A stretch of DNA of 64,000 nucleotides from Thermoleophilia bacterium (GTDB taxonomy: Bacteria; Actinomycetota; Thermoleophilia; BMS3ABIN01). Within the stretch, counting starts at the first letter, position 1. Every line of letters starts with the position of its first letter. Location of the stretch: positions 1,072 through 65,071 of the forward strand of contig JACUUL010000005.1 in the NCBI GenBank assembly GCA_014859345.1, read 5' to 3'. Made by a program: the position numbers and the translations under genes. Under the pieces are notes generated by a model that saw only the letters and a program-made list of their open reading frames with translations, was not told the DNA's origin and searched no databases. Shown here piece after piece: positions 9,424 to 18,335 of this stretch.

Positions 9424-10374
9424 TCAGCTCTGCAGCGTCAGGCACTTGTCACCCTGGTAGATATGGGCAGCCTCCTCCACGGACATGTTGGCCAGCGTGA
9501 TCGCCGAGATGGCGTCGCACATGCGAACGGCCTCGTCGAGTGGCTTCTGGTGGATATTGCGCCCCGTGGCATTGCCCTGGGCGCCGGCGATGTGTATCTG
9601 GTCATGGAGGCGCTGCAGGAAGGCGGTTGCGTCGGTGGAAGAGCCGCCTGCAGCCACCACCCGGGTGCGTCCGGCCGCCACGACGGCCTCCTTGAATATT
9701 TCGGCCGAATTCTCTCCTTCTTTCTTGGGGTAGTTGACCTTGACGAAGTCCGCTCCCAGCGCCAGAGCCACGCCACAGGCTCCGGCGATCAGGTGCGGAT
9801 CCTTTTCATCGGACACATCCTTGCCCCGAGGGTAAATCCAGAGCACGACCAGCAGGCCTTGGCCGTGGGCGTCCGCAATCAGCTGAGCCGCCTGCTGGAG
9901 CATGCGGTCCTCGAAGGTGCTGCCCAGATAGATGGTGTAGCCCACGGCCGGAATCTTCAGCCCTGCTTCGCGCTTGACGTCGATAACATTCCGGACGCCC
10001 AGCCACTGATTGCTGAAGGGATCCTGTGTGGATTTCTTCACCAGATGTGTTTTTGAGTTAAGCTTGACAAGATAGGGGATATCAGGATAGTCGCCGCCGT
10101 ACATCGAGATCAGGCCCAGCTGGGTGGCGAAGACGCCGATGGTGCCCTTGCTGGCGATCCGGAACATATGCTCGGGGTCGGCGTCGTCCTCGGGGATCCG
10201 TCCCAGCTCATATTCGCCGAAAAAGTCGTCGTTTAGATGCTCAACTTTCTGGTCGCCGGCGAAAAGCATGAGGCGCCCGGTCGACTTTGTCATCAGTCGG
10301 AAGTTTTTAACATACTCTTCCCGCGCCGACTGGGGTACGTCGAGCGGTATCTTGATTTCTGCGGCATCGGACAT
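9424..10374 (-). CDS. class I (DhnA/FbaB-type) aldolase
   Basis: DhnA-family length and motifs ('GADFVKVNYPKK', Schiff-base lysine region). Confidence 0.6.
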   Translation of the reverse strand: MSDAAEIKIPLDVPQSAREEYVKNFRLMTKSTGRLMLFAGDQKVEHLNDDFFGEYELGRIPEDDADPEHMFRIASKGTIGVFATQLGLISMYGGDYPDIPYLVKLNSKTHLVKKSTQDPFSNQWLGVRNVIDVKREAGLKIPAVGYTIYLGSTFEDRMLQQAAQLIADAHGQGLLVVLWIYPRGKDVSDEKDPHLIAGACGVALALGADFVKVNYPKKEGENSAEIFKEAVVAAGRTRVVAAGGSSTDATAFLQRLHDQIHIAGAQGNATGRNIHQKPLDEAVRMCDAISAITLANMSVEEAAHIYQGDKCLTLQS

Positions 10375-10505
10375 GGTTCTCCCTACCTTCCTTTCTCTCT
10401 AACTGGACAGTCTGCTCGAATATCGATCGCCGGGCGAACCCGCCCCGGAAGCGACCACCCGGATAATATATAATAAGCAGGTCGTATCCGCACCAATACG
10501 GATTA

Positions 10506-11759
10506 TTGCCATTGACTTCAGTGACGGAAAAAGCCGGGGCGGCACGGCTTGCATTTTATGAACTGGCTGTCCTGCCCACTAAAGCCAAAAACGCGGCGCT
10601 GCTGGCTATGGCCGACGCCCTGATGGAGAATGTGACCGAGGTAGAGGAAGCCAACGCCAAGGATCTGGGCGCCGGGAAGGCCAAGGGGCTCACGACCGCG
10701 ATGCTCGACCGGCTGATGCTTGACCGGGATCGCGTGGAACTGATGGCCGGAAATCTACGGGAAATGGCGGCCCTGGATGACCCGGTGGGAACCGTCATCA
10801 ACGCCTGGACAGCGCCAAACGGCATGAGTGTGTCACGGGTGAGATCGCCCATCGGCGTCATTGGAATAGTTTACGAAGCCCGTCCCAATGTGACCACCGA
10901 TACGGCGGGCCTGTGCTTGAAGGCCGGCAACTGCATAATCCTCAGGGGCGGCTCCGAGGCCATTCACTCAAACCGGGTGCTGGCCCGCCTGATGGCAGAA
11001 GCCGGCTCAAGAGCTGGCATGCCGGACGGGGTCATCCAGTTCGTGGAGACCACGGACCGGGCTGCCGTAAGCGAGCTGCTGGGCCTGGCGGGGATGGTCG
11101 ACCTGGTGATCGCCAGGGGCAGCCACCGTCTTATCAAGACCGTAACCGGCGAATCGAAGATACCCGTCATGAAACATTACCGGGGCCTTTGCCATATATA
11201 TATCGAGAAGTCCGCCGACCGCGAGATGGCATTGCGGGTAGTCCTGAACGCCAAGACCAACAGGCCCAGCACCTGCAACTCCGTGGAGACGGTGCTGGTG
11301 GACGAAGCCCGGGCGGAAGACATACTGCCCCAACTGGCGGCTTCTCTGAAAGGGGCCGGTGTCGAAGTACGCGCTGATGGCCGGGCCCGCGCCATCGTTC
11401 CGGAATGGTCCGAGGCCACAGAGGCGGACTGGGACACCGAGCACCTGGACCTCATCCTCTCTCTCAAGATCGTCAGCGGGTTCGATGAAGCCATCGAGCA
11501 TATCCGCCGCCATCACTCGGGGCTGGCGGACGCGATCATAACTGAAACCGAGCAACAGGCCGAGAAGTTTCTGGCCATGGTCGACAGCGCCGCGACCTAC
11601 TGGAACGCCTCCACCCGGCTGACCGACGGCCTGCCTTTCGGCATGGGCCCGGCCAGCGGCATCAACACCGACCGGGTTTATCCCCGCGGACCCATGGGCA
11701 TCGAGGAGATGACCGGATCCAGGTTCGTGATCAGGGGAACGGGACAAGTACGCTCTTAA
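10506..11759 (+). CDS. proA: gamma-glutamyl phosphate reductase
   Basis: 'TKAKNAALLAMADAL' plus the aldehyde dehydrogenase fold over 417 aa. Confidence 0.85.
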   Translation: MPLTSVTEKAGAARLAFYELAVLPTKAKNAALLAMADALMENVTEVEEANAKDLGAGKAKGLTTAMLDRLMLDRDRVELMAGNLREMAALDDPVGTVINAWTAPNGMSVSRVRSPIGVIGIVYEARPNVTTDTAGLCLKAGNCIILRGGSEAIHSNRVLARLMAEAGSRAGMPDGVIQFVETTDRAAVSELLGLAGMVDLVIARGSHRLIKTVTGESKIPVMKHYRGLCHIYIEKSADREMALRVVLNAKTNRPSTCNSVETVLVDEARAEDILPQLAASLKGAGVEVRADGRARAIVPEWSEATEADWDTEHLDLILSLKIVSGFDEAIEHIRRHHSGLADAIITETEQQAEKFLAMVDSAATYWNASTRLTDGLPFGMGPASGINTDRVYPRGPMGIEEMTGSRFVIRGTGQVRS

Positions 11760-11842
11760 AGCAGCGAAAAACCCCGCGACCCCCGGAAAAAGCCTGACTC
11801 CCGGCTGCGTTCTACCGCGGCAGCGTCAGGACCCGCGACGCG

Positions 11843-12901
11843 TCAGACCAGCACGTCGATCCGGCCGGTGTCGTCCTCCGCCTCCATGATTCCGATCTTC
11901 GCGTGCACGATCGTGCCCGCCTCCTTAAGCGCCGACTCCAGCTCATCGGCTTTTTCGGGCGGGCAGGAAATGAGCAAGCCTCCGGATGTCTGGGCGTCAG
12001 CTAGCAGCAGCCGTTCCGCCTGAGAGAGCCCCGGATCGAAATTGGTGAACGCCTGGACGAATTCCAGGTTGTTTTTAGTTCCGCCGGGGACAATGTTCAG
12101 GTCTTCGAAAACGAGGTCGCGCGCAGCCTGGATCGTAGGGACCGCCCGCGCGTGGATCCTGGCGCCTACGCCGCTACCCTGGGTCATCTCGCCCAGATGC
12201 CCCAGCAGGCCGTAGCCGGTAACGTCGGTGCAGGCGTTGACACCCACCTTCACCATTGCCTCCGCCGCCGCCCGGTTGAGCGTGGTCATGATCTCGGTCA
12301 CGCGCCTGATGGCTGCCTCGCTGGCAATGCCCCGCTTGATGGCGGTGGCGATGATTCCGGTGCCGATCGGTTTGGTCAGAAAGAGGACATCTCCTGCCTG
12401 CGCTGTGGAATTGTAGACGATCGCGGCCGGGTCGAGCACGCCGGTGACGGCAAGGCCGTACTTGGGCTCCTTGTCATCGATGGTATGGCCGCCCACGATC
12501 TCGATACCGGCCTCACGGGCCTTGTCGGCGCCGCCTTTCATCATCCTGGTCAAGATCTCCAGCGGCATGCCCCGGGTATGGAAACCGACTATATTAAGCG
12601 CGAACATCGGGCTGGCTCCCATGGCGTAGATATCGCTTAACGAATTGGCAACCGCTATGGCTCCGTAATCGTAGGGATCGTCGACGATAGGAGTGAAATA
12701 ATCGACTGTCTGAATGATTGCCAGATCGTCGGTTATCTGGTAAACAGCGCAATCATCGCCGGTGTTTATGCCCACCAGCACGTTGGGATCGCGCACCGGA
12801 GGCAGCTCCCTGAGAATCTTTTGCAAGTCCGACGGACTTATCTTGCAGGCTCAGCCGGCGCCGTGGGCCAGCTGGGTGAGCCGGATTTCCTGCTCTTCCA
12901 T
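11843..12901 (-). CDS. selD: selenide, water dikinase (selenophosphate synthetase); selenoprotein with in-frame UGA (Sec) at 12851-12853
   Basis: The track ORF (TTG start at 12826) has all SelD core motifs but lacks the catalytic N-terminus. Reading upstream in frame gives ATG (12899-12901), then MEEQEIRLTQLAHGAG-TGA-ACKISPSDLQKILREL. This matches the E. coli motif HGAGCGCKISP with Sec in place of Cys17. RBS GGGAGAGG lies upstream of the ATG. A hairpin starts 11 nt after the UGA. Confidence 0.85.
12822..12846 (-). ncRNA. candidate SECIS hairpin inside the selD coding sequence
   Basis: mRNA: UGA-GCCUGCAAGAU(11 nt)-AAGUCC-GUC-GGACUU. Inverted repeat AAGUCC/GGACUU, extended by GCAAG/CUUGC. Confidence 0.55.
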
Positions 12902-12948
12902 GAACCTCTCCCTTCTATGACGGTTTGTAATACTTAAGTATAATAGTT

Positions 12949-13734
12949 TTAAACGCCTGCCAAATCCAGAGCCATGCCCACCGCCGTGGCGGCTATCACG
13001 AGCGCCAGGACCTGCCGCAGCCGGCGTCTTCTGGTGATCTGCGATAAATATCCGCCTCCCTGAGCGCCCAGGAGAGCGCCTGCGATTAGAAAAACCGCCA
13101 TGGCCATCTCGACCTGTCCGGTCACCACTTTGCCGGCTGACCCTGCAAGGGCCGCCAGAAACACGATGCCGAGCGAACTGCCTATTGTCGTCCGGGTGGG
13201 GATTTTCAGCACATAAAGCAGGACCGGGATGATGATAAAGGCCCCCGATTGGCCCACCAGCCCTCCCACCAAGCCCAAGATTAACGCGCAGGCCGCCGCC
13301 AGGGGCCGGCTGAAATCGATCTCGGACGCGTGCGGTTCCTCAGAAGGCTCCTTTTTTGGAATGAGCATCATGACGGCGGCTATCAATGCCAGCACGACGA
13401 ATACACCCATCAACGCGCCGGCGGAGGCGAACCTGGAAAGCACGGCCCCGGTCAGCGAGGCAACAGCAATGATACCGCCCATCCACAGGACCAGTTCCCT
13501 GCTGACAAATTGGAACCGGCGATGGACGATGACACCGGAGCCGGTCGCGAACAGGCTCTGCACCATGGTGAGTCCGGCGACCACCTTCATGTCAGGATTT
13601 GCGACTCCGAGGGCCGGGGGTACGTACAGAAGCAGGGGGGCCATGATGATGCCGCCGCCGATTCCCAGCCAGCCGGAAAAGAAGCCTCCAACGAGGCCGA
13701 GGCCGAGCAATGTTATGGCCAGCTCGATGGTCAT
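12949..13734 (-). CDS. TauE/SafE (DUF81) family anion permease
   Basis: 261 aa, 7-8 TM helices, Gly-rich internal repeats typical of TauE/SafE. Lies 47 nt upstream of selD on the same strand. Confidence 0.65.
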   Translation of the reverse strand: MTIELAITLLGLGLVGGFFSGWLGIGGGIIMAPLLLYVPPALGVANPDMKVVAGLTMVQSLFATGSGVIVHRRFQFVSRELVLWMGGIIAVASLTGAVLSRFASAGALMGVFVVLALIAAVMMLIPKKEPSEEPHASEIDFSRPLAAACALILGLVGGLVGQSGAFIIIPVLLYVLKIPTRTTIGSSLGIVFLAALAGSAGKVVTGQVEMAMAVFLIAGALLGAQGGGYLSQITRRRRLRQVLALVIAATAVGMALDLAGV

Positions 13735-13772
13735 AAAATGGTTGCTTGTTCCTGGGGAGGAGAACCGGCCTG

Positions 13773-14327
13773 TCAGTCCTTGTCTGTCAGGAGTTCATCC
13801 AGATAGGCCACGTGGCTGGAAAATCCGAGGGCTGAGGTATATGCCAAAGCCTCGCTCAGAGTCCGGCCCACCACATAGGAGCCGTGACCGCGGATGACGG
13901 CGGCCACGTGAGTCTGCAGCACCTGGGGGATACGGCTGTTGGTCTGTTCCGGATCCACCACAGGAACCTCCCGGAGAAACACAGAGCCTTCGAGATCCCT
14001 TGGAGCAATCATATCACTTCTGAGGGAGAGGGCAATGGCGTGTGGCGGGTGGGCATGGATGATGGCCGCGGCCGGAGTAAACCTGTAAATGAGCTGATGC
14101 AGGCCGGCATCACTGGACGCGCCGCCGGCGATGCGGTCCGGTTCTTCCCGAAGGGGGATTTCCACCAGGTCGCCCGGACCCAGGCGGCCCAGCATGGCGA
14201 AATGAGTGGTCACGATCATGTGGCCCGCGTGACGGACGCTCATGTTGCCGCCGTGGGACGTAGAAAGGCCCAGCCAGAGAAGATCTTTCCCTACCTGCTG
14301 AAATTGCTCGAAGATCAGGTCCTGCAT
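13773..14327 (-). CDS. class II aldolase/adducin-family protein (FucA/MtnB-like)
   Basis: 'LSTSHGGNMSVR' and the conserved His metal-ligand region. Confidence 0.65.
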   Translation of the reverse strand: MQDLIFEQFQQVGKDLLWLGLSTSHGGNMSVRHAGHMIVTTHFAMLGRLGPGDLVEIPLREEPDRIAGGASSDAGLHQLIYRFTPAAAIIHAHPPHAIALSLRSDMIAPRDLEGSVFLREVPVVDPEQTNSRIPQVLQTHVAAVIRGHGSYVVGRTLSEALAYTSALGFSSHVAYLDELLTDKD

Positions 14328-14342
14328 GATCGTGAACTCCGT

Positions 14343-15698
14343 TCAGCTTGACTTTCCGGCGCCGCCCGCTTCACCTGGCAGCTCCACCGTATGCACAATC
14401 CGGGCCCGGGAGCCCGCCCGGGCAAGCATGTCTGTCAAGTGCATGCGGCACGAGGGGCAGCCGGTAACCACTGCCTGGACGCCGCTGGCTGCAATCTCCT
14501 CGGCCTTGCGGAGCCCTATTTCGAGAGCCATGTCATAATGCTTGAGGCTGAAGAGGCCTCCGCCGCCGCAACAGGATTGCCCGCCCGGCATCTCGATGTA
14601 TCTTACCCCGGGGATGGAAGCGATAATCTCCCGGGGCCCGTCGGTCATGTCCAGCCCGTGGCGGAGATGGCAGGGGTCGTGCCAGGTCACGGTGATCTCG
14701 TCTTCGCCCGCCCCCTTGTCTCCCGGGGACATGCCGGCCCGGGCGCGGGCCGCGCGCTTTTCTTCAGGCCCGGCGACCGCCCCGGTCTTGGCAGGCGTGC
14801 CGTATCCGGCCATAGAGCCCGAAGCAAGGAATTGATGGATGTCCAGCACTTTGGCAGCCAGCTTCCTTGCGTCCGACCGGTCCGGGCCCAGCAGCCTCGG
14901 CAGCTCCTCCCTGAGGGACAGGGCGCAGGACGGACAGGGGGTGACGACGGCATCGGCGTCGAGAACGCCAAGAATGTGAAGATTGTTCTCGAGCATCAAG
15001 CGGGCGGCGCCTTCTTCCCCCAGCGACAGCAGTGGCATGCCGCAACACTTAAGGCCACGCGGGCTGAGGACATCGTTTCCGGATCTGTTCAGCGCCGCGA
15101 CGGCGGCGAGACCCGTTTCCGGATAAAAGGCAGTCGTACTGCAACCAGGAAAGAGGATCACCCGGGAGGCGCCTGCTTCCGGGCCGCCTGACGCGTGCGA
15201 GATCTCCGGCAACATATCCAGAAGAGATCTCCCGGGCGGCGCGGGAAGTACGCGTTTGCGGCCCGAGCGGCAATAAGGCAGGTAACTCGCGGCCGGGGCC
15301 TTTTGGTAAAGGGCAGCCTCCAGGAGGCCCGCCAGCCTTAAACCGGCTTGGGGGCGGCCGCCTGTTCCGGCCAGGGCCGCAGTGGCGGACCGGGACAGCT
15401 TCCAGAACCCGCCTTCCGCGGCCAGAAACGCTTTCGCGGCCGCGATGATCCGGTGTGGGTCGATGCCACTGGGACAAACCCCTGCGCAGGCGCGGCAGCC
15501 CAGGCAGCGGGAGAAGCGGCCGGCCAGTCCGCGGGTCAGGCCCAGACGATCATCGAGCACCGCCTCCAGGAGGCTGACGCGGCCTCTGGCCGCCAGCGAT
15601 TCGTCGCCAGAAACCTGATAGGAAGGGCATGCCTCCAGGCAGGCGCCGCAGCGGGTGCAGCGGCGGATCTGGTCCTCGATCTGTCGGGGAAGGGTCAT
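14343..15698 (-). CDS. (Fe-S)-binding oxidoreductase, GlcF/GlpC-like with two CCG domains
   Basis: N-terminal 2x[4Fe-4S] ferredoxin motifs (CTRCGACLEACP...CLGCRACAGVCP) and C-terminal CCG motifs (CCG...CPSC). Confidence 0.65.
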   Translation of the reverse strand: MTLPRQIEDQIRRCTRCGACLEACPSYQVSGDESLAARGRVSLLEAVLDDRLGLTRGLAGRFSRCLGCRACAGVCPSGIDPHRIIAAAKAFLAAEGGFWKLSRSATAALAGTGGRPQAGLRLAGLLEAALYQKAPAASYLPYCRSGRKRVLPAPPGRSLLDMLPEISHASGGPEAGASRVILFPGCSTTAFYPETGLAAVAALNRSGNDVLSPRGLKCCGMPLLSLGEEGAARLMLENNLHILGVLDADAVVTPCPSCALSLREELPRLLGPDRSDARKLAAKVLDIHQFLASGSMAGYGTPAKTGAVAGPEEKRAARARAGMSPGDKGAGEDEITVTWHDPCHLRHGLDMTDGPREIIASIPGVRYIEMPGGQSCCGGGGLFSLKHYDMALEIGLRKAEEIAASGVQAVVTGCPSCRMHLTDMLARAGSRARIVHTVELPGEAGGAGKSS

Positions 15699-15722
15699 GA
15701 ATGATCCCGTTGTTTATCTGGC

Positions 15723-16736
15723 CTATTGCGGAGAGACTGCCCGCAACAGCCTGGCAGCGCTCTCGGGCGCCACGATGTTCACCCAGACACCCGCCCCCAT
15801 CTCCAGGCCTCCCAGCATGGTCGTGCGCGGCAGGATCTCCAGATGCCAGTGGAAGGGCCGGAGCTCTCCATGCAGCGGATAGGTGTGGATCCAGTAGTTG
15901 AATGCGGGATCGCCAAGCCGCTCGTGGTAGCGCATGAGCAGGCCGGTCATCATCTCGGCCATCTCAGGAAGATGTTCGCATTCCTCGAATCTCATCTCGT
16001 GACGGCGCGGCACGATCCAGCTTTCGTAGGGCAGGCGGGAGGCAAATGGGCTGAAGGCAATGAAGTTTTCGCTGAGGCTTATCAGCCGCTCCCCGGATTC
16101 GATCTCCTTCAGGACGATGTCGCACAGAATGCAGCTTAGCTCGCCGGGCCGAGACTGGGCGAAGCCGTCCAGTTCCATGTCTATCAAAGACGGAATGAAG
16201 GGCAAACCGTAAAGCTGCGAATGCGGATGCGGCAGCGAAGACGCGGCCGCGAGACCGTGATTGCGGATGATGTGGACATAGGCGGTGCGGCCCTCTTCTT
16301 TCATGGCCAGGATACGGTCGCGGTACGTGTTGAGCATGTCAAGAACCTGAGCCGGCCCCCGCATCCAGGGAGGCTCTCCATGCTCCGGGGTGTCGACGAT
16401 GACCTCGCTGGTGCCCAGAGCGGGCTTTAGGTCCGGCGAAAATGACTGTTCGGCGCCGGCGCCTGGAACCTGGCTGACCAGGATAGGGAACTTGTTGGGA
16501 AAGACGCGCACAGTCCAGCCGGGGCAGTCGCGGCCCTCCTCTTCACGGCAGGCACTTATTTCCGGAGGAGTCTCCATCTCGTGCCCAGGACAGAAAGGGC
16601 ATTGCTCTTCGGGCTGGGTTTCCGTCACTGCCGGCTCGGGGGCCCCGGGCCGCTTGCCTCGCCCGGCGGCCAGCACCACCCATTCCGAGGTGATCGGATC
16701 TCGCCGGAATTCCGGACTGAATCTCTCTTCGCTCAT
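15723..16736 (-). CDS. galT: galactose-1-phosphate uridylyltransferase-like HIT-family nucleotidyltransferase
   Basis: 'CPFCPGHE' zinc site and an HxHxQ-type motif ('HPHSQLYG'). Confidence 0.65.
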   Translation of the reverse strand: MSEERFSPEFRRDPITSEWVVLAAGRGKRPGAPEPAVTETQPEEQCPFCPGHEMETPPEISACREEEGRDCPGWTVRVFPNKFPILVSQVPGAGAEQSFSPDLKPALGTSEVIVDTPEHGEPPWMRGPAQVLDMLNTYRDRILAMKEEGRTAYVHIIRNHGLAAASSLPHPHSQLYGLPFIPSLIDMELDGFAQSRPGELSCILCDIVLKEIESGERLISLSENFIAFSPFASRLPYESWIVPRRHEMRFEECEHLPEMAEMMTGLLMRYHERLGDPAFNYWIHTYPLHGELRPFHWHLEILPRTTMLGGLEMGAGVWVNIVAPESAARLLRAVSPQ

Positions 16737-16742
16737 GACCGG

Positions 16743-17078
16743 CTACGTCCGCGGCTGTTTTTTTTCACGGCCAGCGAAGGGCTCCAGTGTCCACTGTCCG
16801 GTGCCTTCGTCAAGGGCAATGTCGTACATGCGGCCGTTGTGGGCGTATACGCGGAAGAAGGTCTTGCGCCGCCTGCTCTTGCTCGATTCCTCCTGCCAGG
16901 TCTTCTTGACCTGCAGGATGGTTAATTTTTTTCCCTCTATCTCGAATGAGCGGGGTCGTTCATCGCTTTTGAAGCCGGAATATGAATGCACGGTGATGGG
17001 CCGGCCTTCGCTCTTTTTTTTGGAGCCGCTGGCGCTCGCCTTTCCTCCGGCTGGCTGATGTTTCTTTTCAATGGACAT
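16743..17078 (-). CDS. hypothetical protein (basic N-terminus)
   Basis: Track ORF, 111 aa. Has its own upstream region containing a tandem direct repeat. Confidence 0.4.
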   Translation of the reverse strand: MSIEKKHQPAGGKASASGSKKKSEGRPITVHSYSGFKSDERPRSFEIEGKKLTILQVKKTWQEESSKSRRRKTFFRVYAHNGRMYDIALDEGTGQWTLEPFAGREKKQPRT

Positions 17079-17144
17079 CGATTCGATTATATGAAACTCG
17101 CGGGCGCCGTACTAAATTAATTTTAGGTTCCAGGCCCACTGCCG

Positions 17145-17176
17145 CGAAAATCGGGGACAGCGAAAATCGGGGACAT
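17145..17176. repeat. tandem direct repeat 2 x 16 nt (cgaaaatcggggacaG / cgaaaatcggggacaT)
   Basis: Read directly from the sequence. Lies 67-98 nt upstream of the 16743..17078 gene start, next to an AT-rich near-palindrome (ctaaattaattttag). Confidence 0.8.
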
Positions 17177-17364
17177 AATACAATTTTTTGGCAATCCCGG
17201 GAACGAAACTGATGTTCGCGCATTCATGTGGGCTTGCTTGGGGAGTGTGCTGTTGTCCCTGGAGTTTTCGCTCTCGGTTTTCTTCGTACTGGCCTCTTAT
17301 TGATGTTCCCTCCGCCCGCGTCGGGAGCTTTGCAAGCCGGGACTGCGTACCTGCGAATATGGAT

Positions 17365-18072
17365 TTAAATCGGAGGTTCGGCGGCGTGGCGCAGGATATA
17401 GGCCAGCTGGTCGCGCACGAGATCATCAAGCGGCAAAGCAAGTGTCCTGGCTACCGCCTTTTCGACGTCATAATCGGCCCGTTTCAGCTCGACCTTTCCA
17501 TCCTCGATCAGCGCGTAGCCGGCCCGGGGGATGCCGTCCCGGGGCTGGCCGACGCTGCCCACGTTCACCAGTAGCCGGGCACCATACTCCCTGACAAACG
17601 GCTGGTGGGAGTGGCCCGTTAGGATGATGTCGGCATCGGCCATGGCGGCCTCCGCCTCCAGCTCCGCGGCCGGGGTAGACGGCCTCAGGTACTTGAACAG
17701 GTGGTTGCTGGGGGCCGCGTGCACGGCAAAGATGCGCCCGCTGTCGATCTCCGTCTCGAGGCTGGTTGCCGGCTTGCCGATCCAATCGAGATGCTCCCGG
17801 CCGAGGATCTGCCACATATATTCCCTTGTGGCGACGGAGAGGTGCCGGAAGGCCTCGCCGCATTCGCAATCAACCCGGAAGGCGACAGCGTTGTCATGGT
17901 TGCCCCGCACGCGCAGCAGGTCAGGCTGCTGCTTCAGCAGCTCGATACAGGCGGCAGGCTCCGGCCCATAATCGACGATGTCGCCCAGGCAGATAAGAGC
18001 GTCGCGGGGCTCGTCGATGGCCCTCAGCGCGTCGATGTTGCCATGGATGTCGGAGATGACCAGGATCCTCAT
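17365..18072 (-). CDS. metallophosphoesterase (YfcE/MJ0936-like)
   Basis: 'ILVISDIHGN' and 'GDIVDYGP' metallophosphatase motifs. Confidence 0.7.
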   Translation of the reverse strand: MRILVISDIHGNIDALRAIDEPRDALICLGDIVDYGPEPAACIELLKQQPDLLRVRGNHDNAVAFRVDCECGEAFRHLSVATREYMWQILGREHLDWIGKPATSLETEIDSGRIFAVHAAPSNHLFKYLRPSTPAAELEAEAAMADADIILTGHSHQPFVREYGARLLVNVGSVGQPRDGIPRAGYALIEDGKVELKRADYDVEKAVARTLALPLDDLVRDQLAYILRHAAEPPI

Positions 18073-18257
18073 TTTGCTTCACCGGAAATCTCGCCCTCCT
18101 CGTCAAGCATGGTAATATTTTTCAGCCGCTCCCTGAGGACGCCCTCCTCCCGGGTTAAAAATTCATTGAACGTGTCATGGATTTGCGGATGAACAAAAAG
18201 GTTAAACTCGCCGGCCAGCGCCTTATCGGTCACCACCTCGTTTGCCTCCGCCCGCAC
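18069..18257 (-). CDS. small hypothetical protein (62 aa)
   Basis: Overlaps the downstream metallophosphoesterase start by 4 nt (ATGA), suggesting coupling. No recognisable domain. Confidence 0.3.
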   Translation of the reverse strand: MRAEANEVVTDKALAGEFNLFVHPQIHDTFNEFLTREEGVLRERLKNITMLDEEGEISGEAK

Positions 18258-18335
18258 GAGATGGCTGCTGTCCCGCCGCTCCTGGGCGATTTTCTTTTTT
18301 CGCGTCCAGGCATCCGGAGAAATCCGCTATTGATT

